Assembly: GCA_965218095.1 (NCBI GenBank)
Contig: OZ244587.1
Coordinates: 6,240,001 to 6,304,000, forward strand
Direction: 5' to 3'
From: Candidatus Poribacteria bacterium
GTDB taxonomy: Bacteria > Poribacteria > WGA-4E > PCPOR2b
Length of the DNA: 64,000 bases
Made by a program: the position numbers and the translations under genes. The notes beneath the pieces are model-generated. The model saw only the letters and a list, made by a program, of their open reading frames with translations, was not told the DNA's origin and did no database searches. Positions within the stretch are counted from its first letter, which is position 1. Every line of letters starts with the position of its first letter. Shown here one piece after another: positions 10,205-22,083 of this stretch.

Positions 10205-10810
10205 TTACTGTTGCGATTGCTGTTGAAGTTTTCTGAGTTTTCCACGAAGGAGTTGTCGCTTCAGGCCGCTAACGTAATCGATGAATAGGATGCCATCGAG
10301 ATGATCGATTTCATGCTGCAGGACGCGAGCAAGTAAGCCTTCCCCCTTAACGCGAATCGGCTCTCCATCAATGTTTTGTGCTGTTACTACCGCCTTCACT
10401 GCCCGCTTGACCTCAGCGGCAATACCGGGAACACTCAAGCATCCTTCCTCCTCGGTTACCTCCCCTTCAAGGTTTTGGATTTTAGGGTTAAACAGCACCA
10501 ACGGACTGCTCGCCGGGTCATCTCGGCTCACATCAATCACAACTAATCGCTTCAAAATTCCAACCTGTGGCGCCGATAACCCCACGCCCGTCGGCCCAGC
10601 GTACATCGTTGCGAGCATATCTTCTGCGAGTTTTCGTTCAAAGTTTGTGATTTCCTGAACAGGGAGTGCTTTTTCTCGCAATACCGGATCGCCGTAGAGT
10701 CGAATGAGGAGAAGTCCTTCGTGATGGTTTGGAGGGGAACTATCTGCGGTTTGGGCTGTCGTTATCTTTGGAGGTGACGCGGTGCGTTTTCTTCGCTTAC
10801 GCTTTGCCAT
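10205..10810 (-). CDS. def: Peptide deformylase
   Basis: GVGLSAPQVG, EGCLSVP, QHEIDHLDG. Confidence 0.97.
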   Translation of the reverse strand: MAKRKRRKRTASPPKITTAQTADSSPPNHHEGLLLIRLYGDPVLREKALPVQEITNFERKLAEDMLATMYAGPTGVGLSAPQVGILKRLVVIDVSRDDPASSPLVLFNPKIQNLEGEVTEEEGCLSVPGIAAEVKRAVKAVVTAQNIDGEPIRVKGEGLLARVLQHEIDHLDGILFIDYVSGLKRQLLRGKLRKLQQQSQQ

Positions 10811-10865
10811 TTCCGAAGAGAGACTCCATCTTGTTTGAATCAAGGTTTCTGGGATTTTTTATTAT

Positions 10866-12792
10866 TAGGACTTACGCAAGCTCCATGCGAATCGCAGGAG
10901 ATTTGAGTTGTTGTCGTAAATACTCCTCCAACACTCCGTGTTTGACCTGATAAATGGTTTGCTGGGTCTGATACGCCACGTGCTCGAGCCGAATCCAAAC
11001 GAATAATGCACAACCAATATGGTTGCGAACAAGCCGTGCCACTCGGCATTGACAACCTTCAACTCCTGTCAACTGTTTGGCTTGCCGGTGAAATTGCTCA
11101 ATCTTCCAGCGCCAGTTACACGCCTGTTGTGCAACCGAAGTGTCGTTTTGAGCCAAGTCGTTGGTCACAACATAATCCGTGCGTCTGTTAGAAGACGCGA
11201 CCCAGAAAAGTTTCACCCCCGATCTTATCGGGATTCAGAGCACCTTGTGATGCTTGGGAAATCCGCTGATTTTGAGAAGTTTCCCGCGTCGGATTTTGGT
11301 CTCACTCCACTGCAATCGATCAACACGCGGGTAAGGCTTTTGCGCATTGGAATCATCCACCCCGATAAGATCGGGATTCGAAGCAACCTGACGATTGGAT
11401 TTCAGCGGGCAATAGTAATGTTTTCGGAGCCGCTCAATGTGTATCATCAAATCTTTGGTGGCATACCAGCAATCCATAAGGAGAGTTGCTTCTGATAGAC
11501 TAGGTTCTGTTGACATTTCAAGGGAGCCATATAAGAGTGGAGACAAAGCTGAGAAATCCAAAATAACGGACAGCTAGCTTCTCAAACCGAGAGAAGATAC
11601 GACGATACCATTTTATCTTGTTGATGAAACATTCAACCTGATGTCTCTCTTTGTATAGGCGTTTGTCATACGTTCTTTGGTCAACACGATGACTTTTGGG
11701 CGGTATCACCGCAATCGCTCCATTCGCCTCAATAACCGCGATAAAAGCGTCCGAATCGTACCCCTTGTCTCCAATCACATATTCACTGTTATATCCGATT
11801 ATCAACCCTTCCGCCTCAGTTATGTCATGTCTCTGACCAGGGGTCAGATGTATTCTTAGGGGATTGCCTAGTCCGTCAACTGTGATGTGAATTTTTGTAC
11901 TGAAACCGCCCCGAGAGCGACCTAATGCTCGGTTTTCAGTGCCACCCTTTTTTTTAAGGCGCCAGCCGCAGACGGGTGAGCGCGGAGATTGTACTGTCCA
12001 CAATAAGCGACTCGATATCGGGGTCAGAGGCGAAGTGGTAGTGGATCTGTGTGAAGCCCCCTTTGTCGCACCATCGAGCAAATCGCTTGTAGCGGGTGTT
12101 CCATTTGCCATAGGTGTCTGGTAGAAGTCTCCATTGAGCCCCGCTACGAGTCACCCACAGGACGGCTTCGACGAAGCGGCGTGTAGCAACTTCGTCGCCA
12201 ACATAGATGGTGGGACAGCTTAGAAGAAACCGGTATATCTTATTCCATTGGTCATCGGGTAAGGTTATTGGCGTCATTCTTCTATTATGCCACAACCTTA
12301 TGCTCAAATGTCAACAGAACCTAGTAGGGATAACATCTCCTTAACGTAATCTAATTTGCTCTTGCCATCCCCCTGTGGGTCGTACAGAAACGGTCTAAGG
12401 CGGGATTGACATAGACACAAGTCACCACACCGATACCGTTGCTTTCGCGTTTCCACTATACTGACGACGCACCAACGCGATGTTCCGGGCGTAGCGCTTG
12501 TCCAAAACGGTGTCATCAAAGATGACATTTTCCTGTTGGGTTTGCACAATGTGCGGTTTGACATTTTCCCATACCAAGCGAGGCGGGATACGCTCACCGG
12601 CGAGATAACGGTTTATCATATCATGACTGAAACTTCTGCTATGATCAGCGAAATGGGTTAAGGTATAGTTGATTGGGCTGCTGAGCAAATACTGACAGTA
12701 GTCGAGTCGAGTGGGTTTGGCCATATTCACCTCCATGCTGCTCATTCTACTGCTTTTCACCGCTTGTGTCTATTTATTTTGCGTAAGTCCTG
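10866..12792 (-). mobile_element. IS701-family element, degenerate and interrupted by IS5 copy 2
   Basis: TIR (T/C)AGGACTTACGCAA at both ends; flanks ATTAT/ATCAT; transposase pieces DYCQYLLSSPINYTLTHFADH, FDDTVLDK, LMDCWYAT, RWKIEQFHR. Confidence 0.9.
11503..12321 (-). mobile_element. IS5-family element, copy 2 (nested in IS701)
   Basis: Same TIRs as copy 1, inserted at CTAG with TA duplication; diverged from copy 1 and carries a 1-bp deletion near the end of orfA. Confidence 0.95.
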
Positions 12793-12908
12793 ATCATATC
12801 ACTGGGAGAAAGGATGGATGGTTTTCTTCCTCCGGTCAGAGACCGATGTTCAATGTCGGTAGTAATATTTCGGAAAACTGAATGCCCTCCACTTAAGGCA
12901 ATTCAACT

Positions 12909-12937
12909 TTGACGTTCATCAACAACTATGCTACAAT
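12909..12937 (+). promoter_or_regulatory. sigma70 promoter candidate for the PhyH gene
   Basis: TTGACG-17 nt-TACAAT with a TG extended -10. Confidence 0.55.
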
Positions 12938-13083
12938 TAAGAAACAACAATATCTTAACACAGAAGTGTGCTTTTGACAAGTTCATGATGCATGTTTCAG
13001 GACGATTCAATTTTTGAATCAGAAGCGAGTGTCGATAAAACACATTGCGCCAAACATTATTCGATTACTATAGGAGGCTTTTT

Positions 13084-13890
13084 ATGCTAACTACGGAGCA
13101 AGTTGCAGCCTATAAGCGAGATGGCTACATCAAAGTTGAAGGGCTTTTCACACCGGAAGAGGTCAAACAACTCGGATCTGAAATGATTCGGATTATTGAA
13201 GAATGGGGGCAGGAGACCATTGGTTGGCGCGGTCCATGGCGGGATCGATACCTGGCTGAGGATGAACGCCAAAATACGAAGGCGGTGCTCATGCACAATC
13301 CCCATTTTTATTCGGTGACCTGGGGACGGGTGATTTTCCACGAACGTCTGGTCGGTTGCGTACAAGGTCTTATCGGTCCGAGCGTCCAATGGCATCATAC
13401 GGTTCTACACGCGAAACCGCCAGAATTAGGAACGCCTTTCCCCATGCACCAGGACTATCCCTTCTATCCGCACGACGATCTGGATTTCGTCGATTGTCTG
13501 GTTCACCTCGACGATACGCCGCTTGACAGCGGATGTCTCTGCGTCGTACCGGGCAGCCACAAGAATGGTGGTCTGGAGCACATCATGGGACCAGATACGG
13601 CGCCACACCTTCCGACTGACGTGTATCATCCGGACAAGGTCGAATCGATCGCTGTCCCCGCGAAGGCGGGAGATGTTATTTTCTTCAACTACTGTCTGAT
13701 TCACTGGTCCAATGTCAACAGGACGGATCAATGGCGCAAGTCTGTCCGTTTTGGTTATCATGACTCAGCGATGCGTCCGGTCGGCAGAGATGAGAATGAT
13801 CCCTACCGGATTGATCCCAACAACGTACTCGAGCGCAACAACAACATCATCGCTGCGGGGTTTAAGGAGAATCATGCAGCGACGACCTGA
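13084..13890 (+). CDS. Phytanoyl-CoA dioxygenase (PhyH) family protein
   Basis: YKRDGY, HAKPP, PMHQDY (HxD), VVPGSH, GDVIFF...IHWS. Confidence 0.92.
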   Translation: MLTTEQVAAYKRDGYIKVEGLFTPEEVKQLGSEMIRIIEEWGQETIGWRGPWRDRYLAEDERQNTKAVLMHNPHFYSVTWGRVIFHERLVGCVQGLIGPSVQWHHTVLHAKPPELGTPFPMHQDYPFYPHDDLDFVDCLVHLDDTPLDSGCLCVVPGSHKNGGLEHIMGPDTAPHLPTDVYHPDKVESIAVPAKAGDVIFFNYCLIHWSNVNRTDQWRKSVRFGYHDSAMRPVGRDENDPYRIDPNNVLERNNNIIAAGFKENHAATT

Positions 13891-14163
13891 TACCTTCCCT
13901 TTTAAAACGCTGCAAAAGCACGGTACTATATTTTTAGAGTTTTGGGTCTATGTCAAGGACTGCCTTGTAGGAAGCAAGTGTATCATCATACTGCCCCTGT
14001 TTCGCATAGGCATCACCCAAACTGCAATGTGCAAAAGCATGGTTTGGATTTCCTGCTGTTTTTTACGATAAAGAATGGCTACCCCTTTTTCATATAGTGC
14101 TTTTAACTTTTGAAAGAAACTCATTTCTATTTCTCCCTGTAGTTTCGCGGAAGTTGGGATAGT

Positions 14164-15180
14164 TCAATCGTCAACCATCAACTCAATAATTTGGCGACGC
14201 CGTGCGGATTCACGCAGCGCATCGCAGACACGCATGGTATTGACGGCTTCAGTTGGCCATTGGGTTTCAAGCTGTCCGGATCGAACAATATCTGAAAACC
14301 GTTCGATCATGTGTACCTCTTGGATACAGCCTTCGACCCGATGTTCTGCATCCACCCCCTGAGCACCATGTACCCAGAAACGAGCCGTATCTTCTTTCCA
14401 GGGTATCGTGAAATCGTCGCATACCAGGGAGGCTTGGGCGCCAGCTACCTCGAACCACCTTCGACTTCCTGTATCGAAGCCGCAATCGAACGAGGCCATC
14501 CGTTCATCTTCAAACCAGAGCAAGCCTGACAAGCTGAGATCTATGCCACGATAATAGCGCGCGGCGGCGAAAACCTGCGTTGGGAAGTCGCCAAAAGCCC
14601 AGAGAATGCAGCGGACGCAATAATAGCCCAAATCCCCGAGGCTGCCGCCAGCGAGCTCCTTTTTTACGCGGATGTTGTCTTCGGGGATTTTGTCCCAGCT
14701 ACCGGTAAATGCCGCCGTCACTCGACGCAGCCGCCCTAAGGTTCCATCGTCTACCATCCACTTCATTTCAGCGGTGCGTTTGTGATGCATCCACATGACG
14801 CCATCCATCAGTTGCACATCGTTTTTTCGGCAGGCGTCTACCATCGCCAACGCTTCCTCCGTGTTTGCCGCCAACGGTTTTTCGCAGAGCACATGTTTGC
14901 CGTGTTCAGCCGCTTTGATGGTCCATTCGGCGTGCATTGATGGCGGTAGCGGGATGTAGATTGCGTCAATTTCCGGATCATCGAGAAGCGCCTCATAGGT
15001 GCCGTAAGCACGTCCAATCTGGTATTCGGCTGCCCAGTTTTTGGCGCGTTCCTCCGTCCGACTGGCGACTACCACTAATTCGGCGCCGCACCCCAGTTTT
15101 ATTGCGCGGCTCACCTTTGTCGCGATATTCGCAGTGCTCAAAATCCCCCAACGCACGTTCTGTTTCGGTTCGGTTGTCAT
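14164..15180 (-). CDS. Gfo/Idh/MocA oxidoreductase
   Basis: WGILSTANIA, GKHVLCEKPLA, GGSLGDLGYY. Confidence 0.93.
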   Translation of the reverse strand: MTTEPKQNVRWGILSTANIATKVSRAIKLGCGAELVVVASRTEERAKNWAAEYQIGRAYGTYEALLDDPEIDAIYIPLPPSMHAEWTIKAAEHGKHVLCEKPLAANTEEALAMVDACRKNDVQLMDGVMWMHHKRTAEMKWMVDDGTLGRLRRVTAAFTGSWDKIPEDNIRVKKELAGGSLGDLGYYCVRCILWAFGDFPTQVFAAARYYRGIDLSLSGLLWFEDERMASFDCGFDTGSRRWFEVAGAQASLVCDDFTIPWKEDTARFWVHGAQGVDAEHRVEGCIQEVHMIERFSDIVRSGQLETQWPTEAVNTMRVCDALRESARRRQIIELMVDD

Positions 15181-15386
15181 GATTCCCTCGCTTGAAGTCT
15201 GTTCAGGTGGTCAAAATCAGTACTTGCGGCTTTCTTCTTGCGGGTAAATACCGGAGCTTTCCAAGTCATTCTGCGGTTTCTTCGGCACATTACCCTTAGA
15301 AAAATTTGCTTGGCATACATTCACGACTCTGATATAATAGATCAAAATGAAGCATATCCCATTTCTGATGAGGAGTCAAGAGGAAA

Positions 15387-16289
15387 ATGAGACGTTTCTT
15401 GTTTGTTGTGTGTGTGATTTTGCTGGTGGTCGGAAGCACTGCCTGGGGATGGTGGTCGGGAGGACATGGCATTTTGACGCGGGCAGCGGTGAAAGCGCTG
15501 CCCAATGACGCGCCGGAGTTTTTCCGTTCAGGAGAACGAATGATTGCCCACTGTTCGTACGATCCGGATATAGCAAAAAATCGAGGTGCGGCCTATGTTC
15601 GGGGGGTAGAGCATCCAGAGCACTACCTGGATCTGGAGCTCTTGCAAGGACACCCGCTGCCGAAAAGCCGGTATGAATTTACCCGGTTGTGTGCTGAACT
15701 GGACGTTAAGCCCGAAGAGGTGGGGTTTGTGCCTTACGCCGTTGCCGAATGGACAGAACGTCTTGCCGTGGCGTTTGCAGAACACCGAAAATGGCCCGAC
15801 AATCCCTTTATTCAAAGCAAATGCCTGGTTTATGCGGGCTTTATCGCCCACTATGCGCAGGATATGTGCCAACCCCTGCATCTGACAATTCATTTTGATG
15901 GGTGGAAACAACCGACTGGATCCGTCCTGCATAAAGGTATCCATGAGAAAGTGGATGCGCTTATCGAGTATCTGACCCTCGATCCGTCGTCCCTGGCAAA
16001 AGATCAGCAGATCGAGCCGCTCGATGATCTGATGGCCAGTATTGTGAAGGAGTTTGATGCTGGGTATTCCCTGATCAACCGGGTGTATGAACTAGGGGAT
16101 AACCTGCCGTCTTTTCGAGACAAAGACTGGGTGCGCGTACCTGAGATAGTCGACTTTGCGGTGGAGCGTGCTCGTGAATCCACACGTTTTACGGCTGCTC
16201 TCTACCTAACGGCCTGGGAGTTGTCAGGTAAGATCAAGCTGGCGGGCTGGCTGGACCGTGCACAGGTCGACGGAAAAACAGCTAAATAA
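15387..16289 (+). CDS. Exported S1/P1 nuclease / Zn phospholipase C-fold protein
   Basis: Signal peptide followed by mature WWSGGH; PD; HYAQDMCQPLH; IHEKVD. Confidence 0.8.
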   Translation: MRRFLFVVCVILLVVGSTAWGWWSGGHGILTRAAVKALPNDAPEFFRSGERMIAHCSYDPDIAKNRGAAYVRGVEHPEHYLDLELLQGHPLPKSRYEFTRLCAELDVKPEEVGFVPYAVAEWTERLAVAFAEHRKWPDNPFIQSKCLVYAGFIAHYAQDMCQPLHLTIHFDGWKQPTGSVLHKGIHEKVDALIEYLTLDPSSLAKDQQIEPLDDLMASIVKEFDAGYSLINRVYELGDNLPSFRDKDWVRVPEIVDFAVERARESTRFTAALYLTAWELSGKIKLAGWLDRAQVDGKTAK

Positions 16290-16324
16290 AACCAAAAGCA
16301 TCCCTTCGATTTGGGGTGACTGCC

Positions 16325-17419
16325 ATGAAAAGTAAACTGTATCTCGTTGGTTCTTTGTGTCTGATGAGTTTGATAATCGCCGCCTGTGCATCGCATCGAG
16401 AAATTAAGCCTCAAGGCGAAGTCGTGGATGCACTGGACGAGCAGATCACACTTCTCATTGAGCAGCTTGGGGAAAGCTTGCCTCCAGACGCCTGTTTGTG
16501 GCCATCTCAAGCCGCTGCGAAACAGCTACAAGAAATTGGCGAGCCGGCCATACCTGCCTTGATAGAAGCATTATCAAATCATGAAAATATACTGATTCGT
16601 CGCCAAGCTGCTTTCGCCTTGGGGTGGATCGGTGAACCTGCGAAGGACGCAGTTCCTGCGTTGATACGGGCACTAAAGGGTAAGCATGTCGGGGTTCAGG
16701 GCAGTGCGGTAAGTGCGTTGGGAAGGATCGGTCCTGCAGCTCACGCAGTTGTCCCGGAGTTAGTAAAAGCACTGAGTCACGGGGAAAACTATTTCCGCCC
16801 CGGTGTGATTTCGGTGTTGGGTCGGATTGGTGATGCCTCTGACGCCGTCATGTCTGCGTTGATTTGGGCATTACATGAGAAGCGGAGCGCTGTCGTTCGT
16901 ATCAGGGCAGCTTCGGCGCTCTATCGACTTGATCCATCCAAGCAGAATCTGGTTACGCCCGTCTTAATGGAGATATTGAGTCGCGAGCATGTTAATCTTC
17001 GTATTTCCGCTGCTAAAGCATTGTATCAAGTGGATGAGTCCAAGCGAGACATCGTGGTTTCCGTATTGATAAGTGCATTGAGCCATGAGAAGGAATAGAT
17101 AGGCAAACAAGCTGTCAAAGCATTAGTCAGAATGGGTAAGCCTGCGGCGCCTGCATTGATAGAAGTAATGAAAAACGGAGATGTTGAAGCTGGTCCCAAA
17201 GCGGTTTCCATGTTAAGCAAGATTGGCGAACCTGCGGTGCCTGCACTGATAGAGGCATTAAGCGATGAGAACGGGGCCGTTCGTCTGAACGCTGTGATTG
17301 CGTTAGGAAAAATCAGCAGGCCTGCGAAAACGGCGGGGCCTGCATTGATTGAGGCTTTGCAAGATGATAGCGAGTGGGTACGCGAATATGTGGCTGAGGC
17401 GTTGAAGCAGGTTCGCTAA
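16325..17419 (+). pseudogene. HEAT-repeat lipoprotein with an in-frame TAG at 17096-17098
   Basis: Lipobox IIAAC; PBS-lyase HEAT repeats continue in frame after the stop (EKE*IGKQAVKAL, compare DSEWVREYVAEAL), consistent with TGG>TAG. Confidence 0.8.
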
Positions 17420-17503
17420 CTTGAAAGGGTCAAAGCCATTGAAAAAAGATGAGAATATGTTATCGGAGTTGGCAAAGACCTGACTTACTACCTTTCTGTA
17501 AAA

Positions 17504-18091
17504 ATGTCACGAATCTTTCGACCTTCACTGTGGGTGCCGTTCATCTGCTGCATATCTATCACGGCGTTCGCTGAAGATGGCAATTTTTTCACACGGCTGG
17601 ATCAAGATATTTTCGATGCCATCTATGACGCGCCGCCTCAGCGTGAACCACTCGGCACAATCATGGAATGGGGCACCGAATTCGGCGACTCCAAGGCGAT
17701 TATGGGGCTTTCCATCCTCCTGATGGCTTACGGAGATGATGCACACCGTGAAACGGGCAGATTGATGTCATCGGCTTTCATCGGCACAGGGATGGTCGTT
17801 CTCGGCATGAAGGAGATTATCCGACGCAAGCGGCCGCTGGATGATCAGGTCGGCGATCCGGCCTTTCCGTCGGGGCATACTGCTTTCGCTTTCGCCGGCG
17901 CGACTATCCTTGCCGACCGGTATCCGAAATTGCGTATCCCGCTCTACATCGGTGCAGGCCTGGTTGGCGTTTCCCGAATCTATCTGGGCAGGCATTACGT
18001 CTCTGATGTCGTTGGCGGTGCAGCCGTTGGGACGATTACCGGCATGCTTGTTTTACACCATCGGGTCACGTTGTTAAGGTGGGAGTTTTAA
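17504..18091 (+). CDS. PAP2-family phosphatase
   Basis: K...RKRP, FPSGH, SRIYLGRHYVSDV. Confidence 0.92.
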   Translation: MSRIFRPSLWVPFICCISITAFAEDGNFFTRLDQDIFDAIYDAPPQREPLGTIMEWGTEFGDSKAIMGLSILLMAYGDDAHRETGRLMSSAFIGTGMVVLGMKEIIRRKRPLDDQVGDPAFPSGHTAFAFAGATILADRYPKLRIPLYIGAGLVGVSRIYLGRHYVSDVVGGAAVGTITGMLVLHHRVTLLRWEF

Positions 18092-18093
18092 AC

Positions 18094-18122
18094 CCTTGAA
18101 AAGGTTTAAAACCTTTTCAAGG
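18094..18122. repeat. REP-like palindrome (further copies at 19795-19827 and 25548-25580)
   Basis: CCTTGAAAAGGTTTAAAACCTTTTCAAGG; the other copies are AATCTTGCGAAGGTTTGAAACTTTCGCAAGGTT and AACCTTGAAAAGGTTTGAAATCTTTTCAAGGAT. Confidence 0.75.
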
Positions 18123-18159
18123 TTCGAGCAGCCGATAAATCACAGGACAGTACGCGGGG

Positions 18160-18925
18160 ACATCAATGAATGCGGTTAAGCCCTTTCTGAGTTCGTCAAC
18201 CGGTCTGGACTTTTCCGTGCGCAGATGAACCGCAAAACTCCGCCGTGGCTCTCCTGACAAGTTGGGACCGCTACCATGATAGGTGAGGTTGTGATGAAAA
18301 CTGACCCCGCCGGACGGTAGAATCGCGGAGACCTCCTCTCAACTTTCATCATCAGGTGCCTCAATTTCTTCCCGTTGCGCATCGTGGTTTTGCTCATAGA
18401 AGTCACCCTGGTTGAGTAGCCCCCATTTGTGTGAACCCCGAACGAATTTCATGGGGCCGGCCTCCGCGGTGACATCGCTGAGTGCAACCCATGCGGTGAA
18501 AAGTTCGCTCCCTTCTTCCCACACCCCCCAATACTGACGGTCTTGATGCCAGCAACATTTGTGGGAATAACCCCATCTGGGTCAACGGGAGGCTTGTAGA
18601 GGAGTTGCACCCACCAAACCTGCACCATTTGTGCGCCCGTGATTTCGGCTGCGAGTTTTCCAATCGCCGGATGGCTGACCAGCTCCATAATTGCACAGTT
18701 AGCAATCTGGGACATCTTAATCTTGCATAGTTTTTTTGGATCATCTCCGGGATTCCAAAACGATGGCCGCGGCGGCACGCCGGTTTCGTATTCCCCCGCT
18801 CGGACGGCATTCATGCCCTTGATTACGCGTTGAATGAGATCTTTATCAATAATCGGCTCTGGGAGAAGGTAGAATCCATCCGCTTTATATTTCGTGCCTG
18901 CCGAAGAAGGCTTTAGAGCTCGCAT
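18160..18925 (-). pseudogene. PhyH-family dioxygenase with a frameshift and a nonsense codon
   Basis: YKADGFY...LLYKPP / WHQD..W...TAWVALSDV...FVRGSH, TGA after PDDES, then SFHHNLTYHGSGPN. Confidence 0.85.
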
Positions 18926-18938
18926 AAATATCTCCTCA

Positions 18939-19766
18939 TCACAAGTGAATTGACTTGAACGACTCGATTTGGGCTGTAATTGCACGCTCCGTTGGCAGGC
19001 GTTCAGCACTCGATGCGCCGTAGAACCCGACGACGCCTTTTGTGTTCTCAAGGATATACTGGGCATCTTCCGGTTCTGCGATGGGTCCGCCGTGGCAAAT
19101 GACGAAGAGCTCAGGGCTGACCATTTTCGCAGCATCGTGAATCGCTTGCACCCGTTTGGCGGCCTCTTCGAGTGTCAATGCTGTTTGCGCACCAATGGAG
19201 CCCTTTGTGGTCAGTCCCATGTGGGCAACGAGGATGTCTGCGCCGGCATCTGCCATCTGCTCCGCCTCCGATTCGTTGAAGGCGTAAGGTGTCGTCAGCA
19301 TGCCGAGGTTATGGGCGGTACGAATCATCCCTACTTCTGGCCCGTAGCCCATACCTGTCTCTTCGAGATTCTGTCGATAAGCCCCATCAATCAGACCCAC
19401 GGTCGGGAAATTCTGGACGCCTGAAAAACCAATCGCATCGAGTTGTTTGAGGAATACGTCCATCAAGCGAAATGGATCTGTCCCACAAACGCCTGCGAGC
19501 ACAGGCACGTTTTTAACGACCGGCAACACTTCGCTCGCCATTTCAACGACAATCTGATTGGCATCACCGTAGGGCATCATCCCCGCCAGTGATCCCCGAC
19601 CCGCCATGCGGAAGCGCCCTGAATTATAGATCACGATGAGATCCACGCCGCCAGCTTCTTCACACTTTGCGGAGATGCCCGTCCCTGCACCTGCACCAAT
19701 AATCGGTTTCCCGGCCTCAATGTTTGCCTGCAATCGGTCTAAAATGTCTTCACGTTTGAATTTCAT
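18939..19766 (-). CDS. Phosphoenolpyruvate hydrolase-like TIM-barrel protein (Tm-1/TBST family)
   Basis: [44 protein letters not shown]. Confidence 0.9.
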   Translation of the reverse strand: MKFKREDILDRLQANIEAGKPIIGAGAGTGISAKCEEAGGVDLIVIYNSGRFRMAGRGSLAGMMPYGDANQIVVEMASEVLPVVKNVPVLAGVCGTDPFRLMDVFLKQLDAIGFSGVQNFPTVGLIDGAYRQNLEETGMGYGPEVGMIRTAHNLGMLTTPYAFNESEAEQMADAGADILVAHMGLTTKGSIGAQTALTLEEAAKRVQAIHDAAKMVSPELFVICHGGPIAEPEDAQYILENTKGVVGFYGASSAERLPTERAITAQIESFKSIHL

Positions 19767-19833
19767 TTTACACCTCCAAAACCGTCTAAAATTGAATCTT
19801 GCGAAGGTTTGAAACTTTCGCAAGGTTGGTCTG

Positions 19834-20829
19834 TTACACTGGAAACACTAACTTCTGATCAAAGAAGACCTGGCTGACGGAACGCCGTTGGTGAATTCTG
19901 AGAATCGCTTGGGCAAGGAGTGGAGCGATGGACAAGACCTTTACTTTGCCGCCGAGTTGTTTCTCAGCCGGAACGGGAATTGTGTTGGTGACAACAACCT
20001 CTTGAATTGATGGGCGATTTAGGCGCTCAAGGGCGGGGCCGACAAGCACCGGGTGCGTAATGCTAAGATACGCCGGCTTGGCACCCGTTTCGACGAGGGC
20101 GTCCGCCTGCTGATAAATACTCCCGCTTGTTATGAGGTCGTCAATGATAATTGGGGTTTTGTCTACAACGTCACCGATAATTTCATTCACGACCTTCACC
20201 TCTCTCCCACCAACGCCGCTTCGCCGTTTGTGCATGATTACTAGCGGCATGCTGAGCATATCGACATACTTGTCCGCCAGCTTCGCTCGTCCGACATCGG
20301 GAGACACGATTACGCCATCTTCAATCTGCTTTTCCTTAAAGTAACTCATCAGCGTCGGCAGAGCGGTTAGATGGTCGGCGGGAATATCGAAAAAACCTTG
20401 AATCTGCGCGGCATGCAGATCGACGGCGACAATCCGATTCGCGCCGGCAGTTGTTAGCAGGTTAGCTACGAGTTTTGCGCTAATCGGCTCTCGCCCTGTC
20501 GATTTGTGGTCCTGTCGTGCATAGCCAAAATAGGGGATGACAGCAGTGATTTGCCGGGCAGAAGCCCGTTTCACAGCGTCAATCATGACCAACAACTCTA
20601 TCAAATTATCGTTTGTCGGTGGGCATGTTGGCTGCACGATATAAATGTCAGCCCCTCGGATGCTCTCTTCAATTTGAGCATGAGTTTCATCTCCGGGAAA
20701 TGTGCTGATTGAAATTTTACCCAATTCGACCCCTAGAATCGTAGCAATCTCCTTCGCCAATTCCGGATTGGCACGCCCGGCAAAAAGATGGAAATCGCTC
20801 CGAACTTCCCCGTCGATTATCGTGGACAT
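19834..20829 (-). CDS. prs: Ribose-phosphate pyrophosphokinase
   Basis: [35 protein letters not shown]. Confidence 0.96.
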   Translation of the reverse strand: MSTIIDGEVRSDFHLFAGRANPELAKEIATILGVELGKISISTFPGDETHAQIEESIRGADIYIVQPTCPPTNDNLIELLVMIDAVKRASARQITAVIPYFGYARQDHKSTGREPISAKLVANLLTTAGANRIVAVDLHAAQIQGFFDIPADHLTALPTLMSYFKEKQIEDGVIVSPDVGRAKLADKYVDMLSMPLVIMHKRRSGVGGREVKVVNEIIGDVVDKTPIIIDDLITSGSIYQQADALVETGAKPAYLSITHPVLVGPALERLNRPSIQEVVVTNTIPVPAEKQLGGKVKVLSIAPLLAQAILRIHQRRSVSQVFFDQKLVFPV

Positions 20830-20877
20830 GGCTGAACCTCCTTGAAAGTGCTAAATAGAGTGCATGGAGTTACTGAT

Positions 20878-21381
20878 TCACCGATTTTCCAATGACCAGC
20901 AGTTCACAATCTCCGGCGGGAAAGCCCCCGACTCAATCTCGGCGATCAGATCTTGAAGCGTCTTCCTCGCCTGGTTTGCCAAATCGGTGTGAATCCAATT
21001 GTGTTGTATAGCCGCATCGAATTCTTCTTCATCTTGGATCTGATAACGCCCATCGGGTGAAACCCACAGATCCAAAAATAAATCGGTGATTTCAAAATGG
21101 GTTTCAGTCCGTTTCATCGGCAGGATGATGTCACAGTAGTATCCTGTAAATTGATCTTCGAGATTATAAATTTTTCCAATGTCATACCAGCGATCGGCGA
21201 AGACAAACCAAACCGCCGTGAAGTTGTCCCCGAGCACAGTAACACCATCAATCACGATCGGACTGGAGGGTTTGATCCGCTGCGCCGTCACAATGATATC
21301 TCCGTCTTCGTAGAGCAGATTTTGTTGAAAGTGGTTCACACGGTGCGGTAGGCGTTTGTAAATCAGTTCGATTGTTCCCAT
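20878..21381 (-). CDS. DUF402-domain protein
   Basis: GYYCDI, DLFLDLWV.PDG, DEEEF. Confidence 0.8.
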   Translation of the reverse strand: MGTIELIYKRLPHRVNHFQQNLLYEDGDIIVTAQRIKPSSPIVIDGVTVLGDNFTAVWFVFADRWYDIGKIYNLEDQFTGYYCDIILPMKRTETHFEITDLFLDLWVSPDGRYQIQDEEEFDAAIQHNWIHTDLANQARKTLQDLIAEIESGAFPPEIVNCWSLENR

Positions 21382-21998
21382 TCGCGATCTACCTCTCTCA
21401 CCGATCGGATAAATGCCTTGACTTTGGCCGGATCTTTGCGTCCTGGGTCCGCCTCAACACCACTACTGACATCAACCCCATATGGACGCACCTGCCGGAT
21501 GGCTGAAGGAACAGTATTGGGATTGAGGCCTCCCGCGAGGATAATCCGACCATGCTGTTTGGCTTTCACAGCGAGATTCCAGTCGAAAACCTTTCCTGTG
21601 CCTCCCATCGCTCCTTCGACATAAGTGTCCAGTAGATACCCACTGACACGGTAATCAGACAGGCGGGACAAACTCGATTCGTCTTTGACCCGAAACGCTT
21701 TGATTAATCTCCGGTTCAGCGCTTGACAAAATCCGGGAGACTCATCACCGTGCAACTGTATCATGTCCAGATGGCACTGATCGGCGGTTGCCGCGATATC
21801 TTCTGGATCCGCGTTGACAAATAGCCCAACAACCGTGATAAAAGGAGAGAGGTCCTCTATAATCTTTGCCGCTTGATCGGGGTGGATATATCGGGGCGTG
21901 TTGGGAACAAATATGAAGCCGAGTGCGTCCGCGCCGGCCTCAATTGCCATCAACGCATCGTCCAAGTTAATGGTGCCGCAAATTTTGATTCGCGTCAA
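21363..21998 (-). CDS. trpF: Phosphoribosylanthranilate isomerase
   Basis: IKICG, QLHGDE, GGTG..FDW, LAGGL, GVDVSSGVE. Confidence 0.97.
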   Translation of the reverse strand: MTRIKICGTINLDDALMAIEAGADALGFIFVPNTPRYIHPDQAAKIIEDLSPFITVVGLFVNADPEDIAATADQCHLDMIQLHGDESPGFCQALNRRLIKAFRVKDESSLSRLSDYRVSGYLLDTYVEGAMGGTGKVFDWNLAVKAKQHGRIILAGGLNPNTVPSAIRQVRPYGVDVSSGVEADPGRKDPAKVKAFIRSVREVDREWEQSN

Positions 21999-22083
21999 CG
22001 GAGATCCCCTCGTTTTTATGCGATTTCTGTCACAGGTAATTGTATCAGATTATCAAACGTAGATCAAGGAGTAATATTAAACG

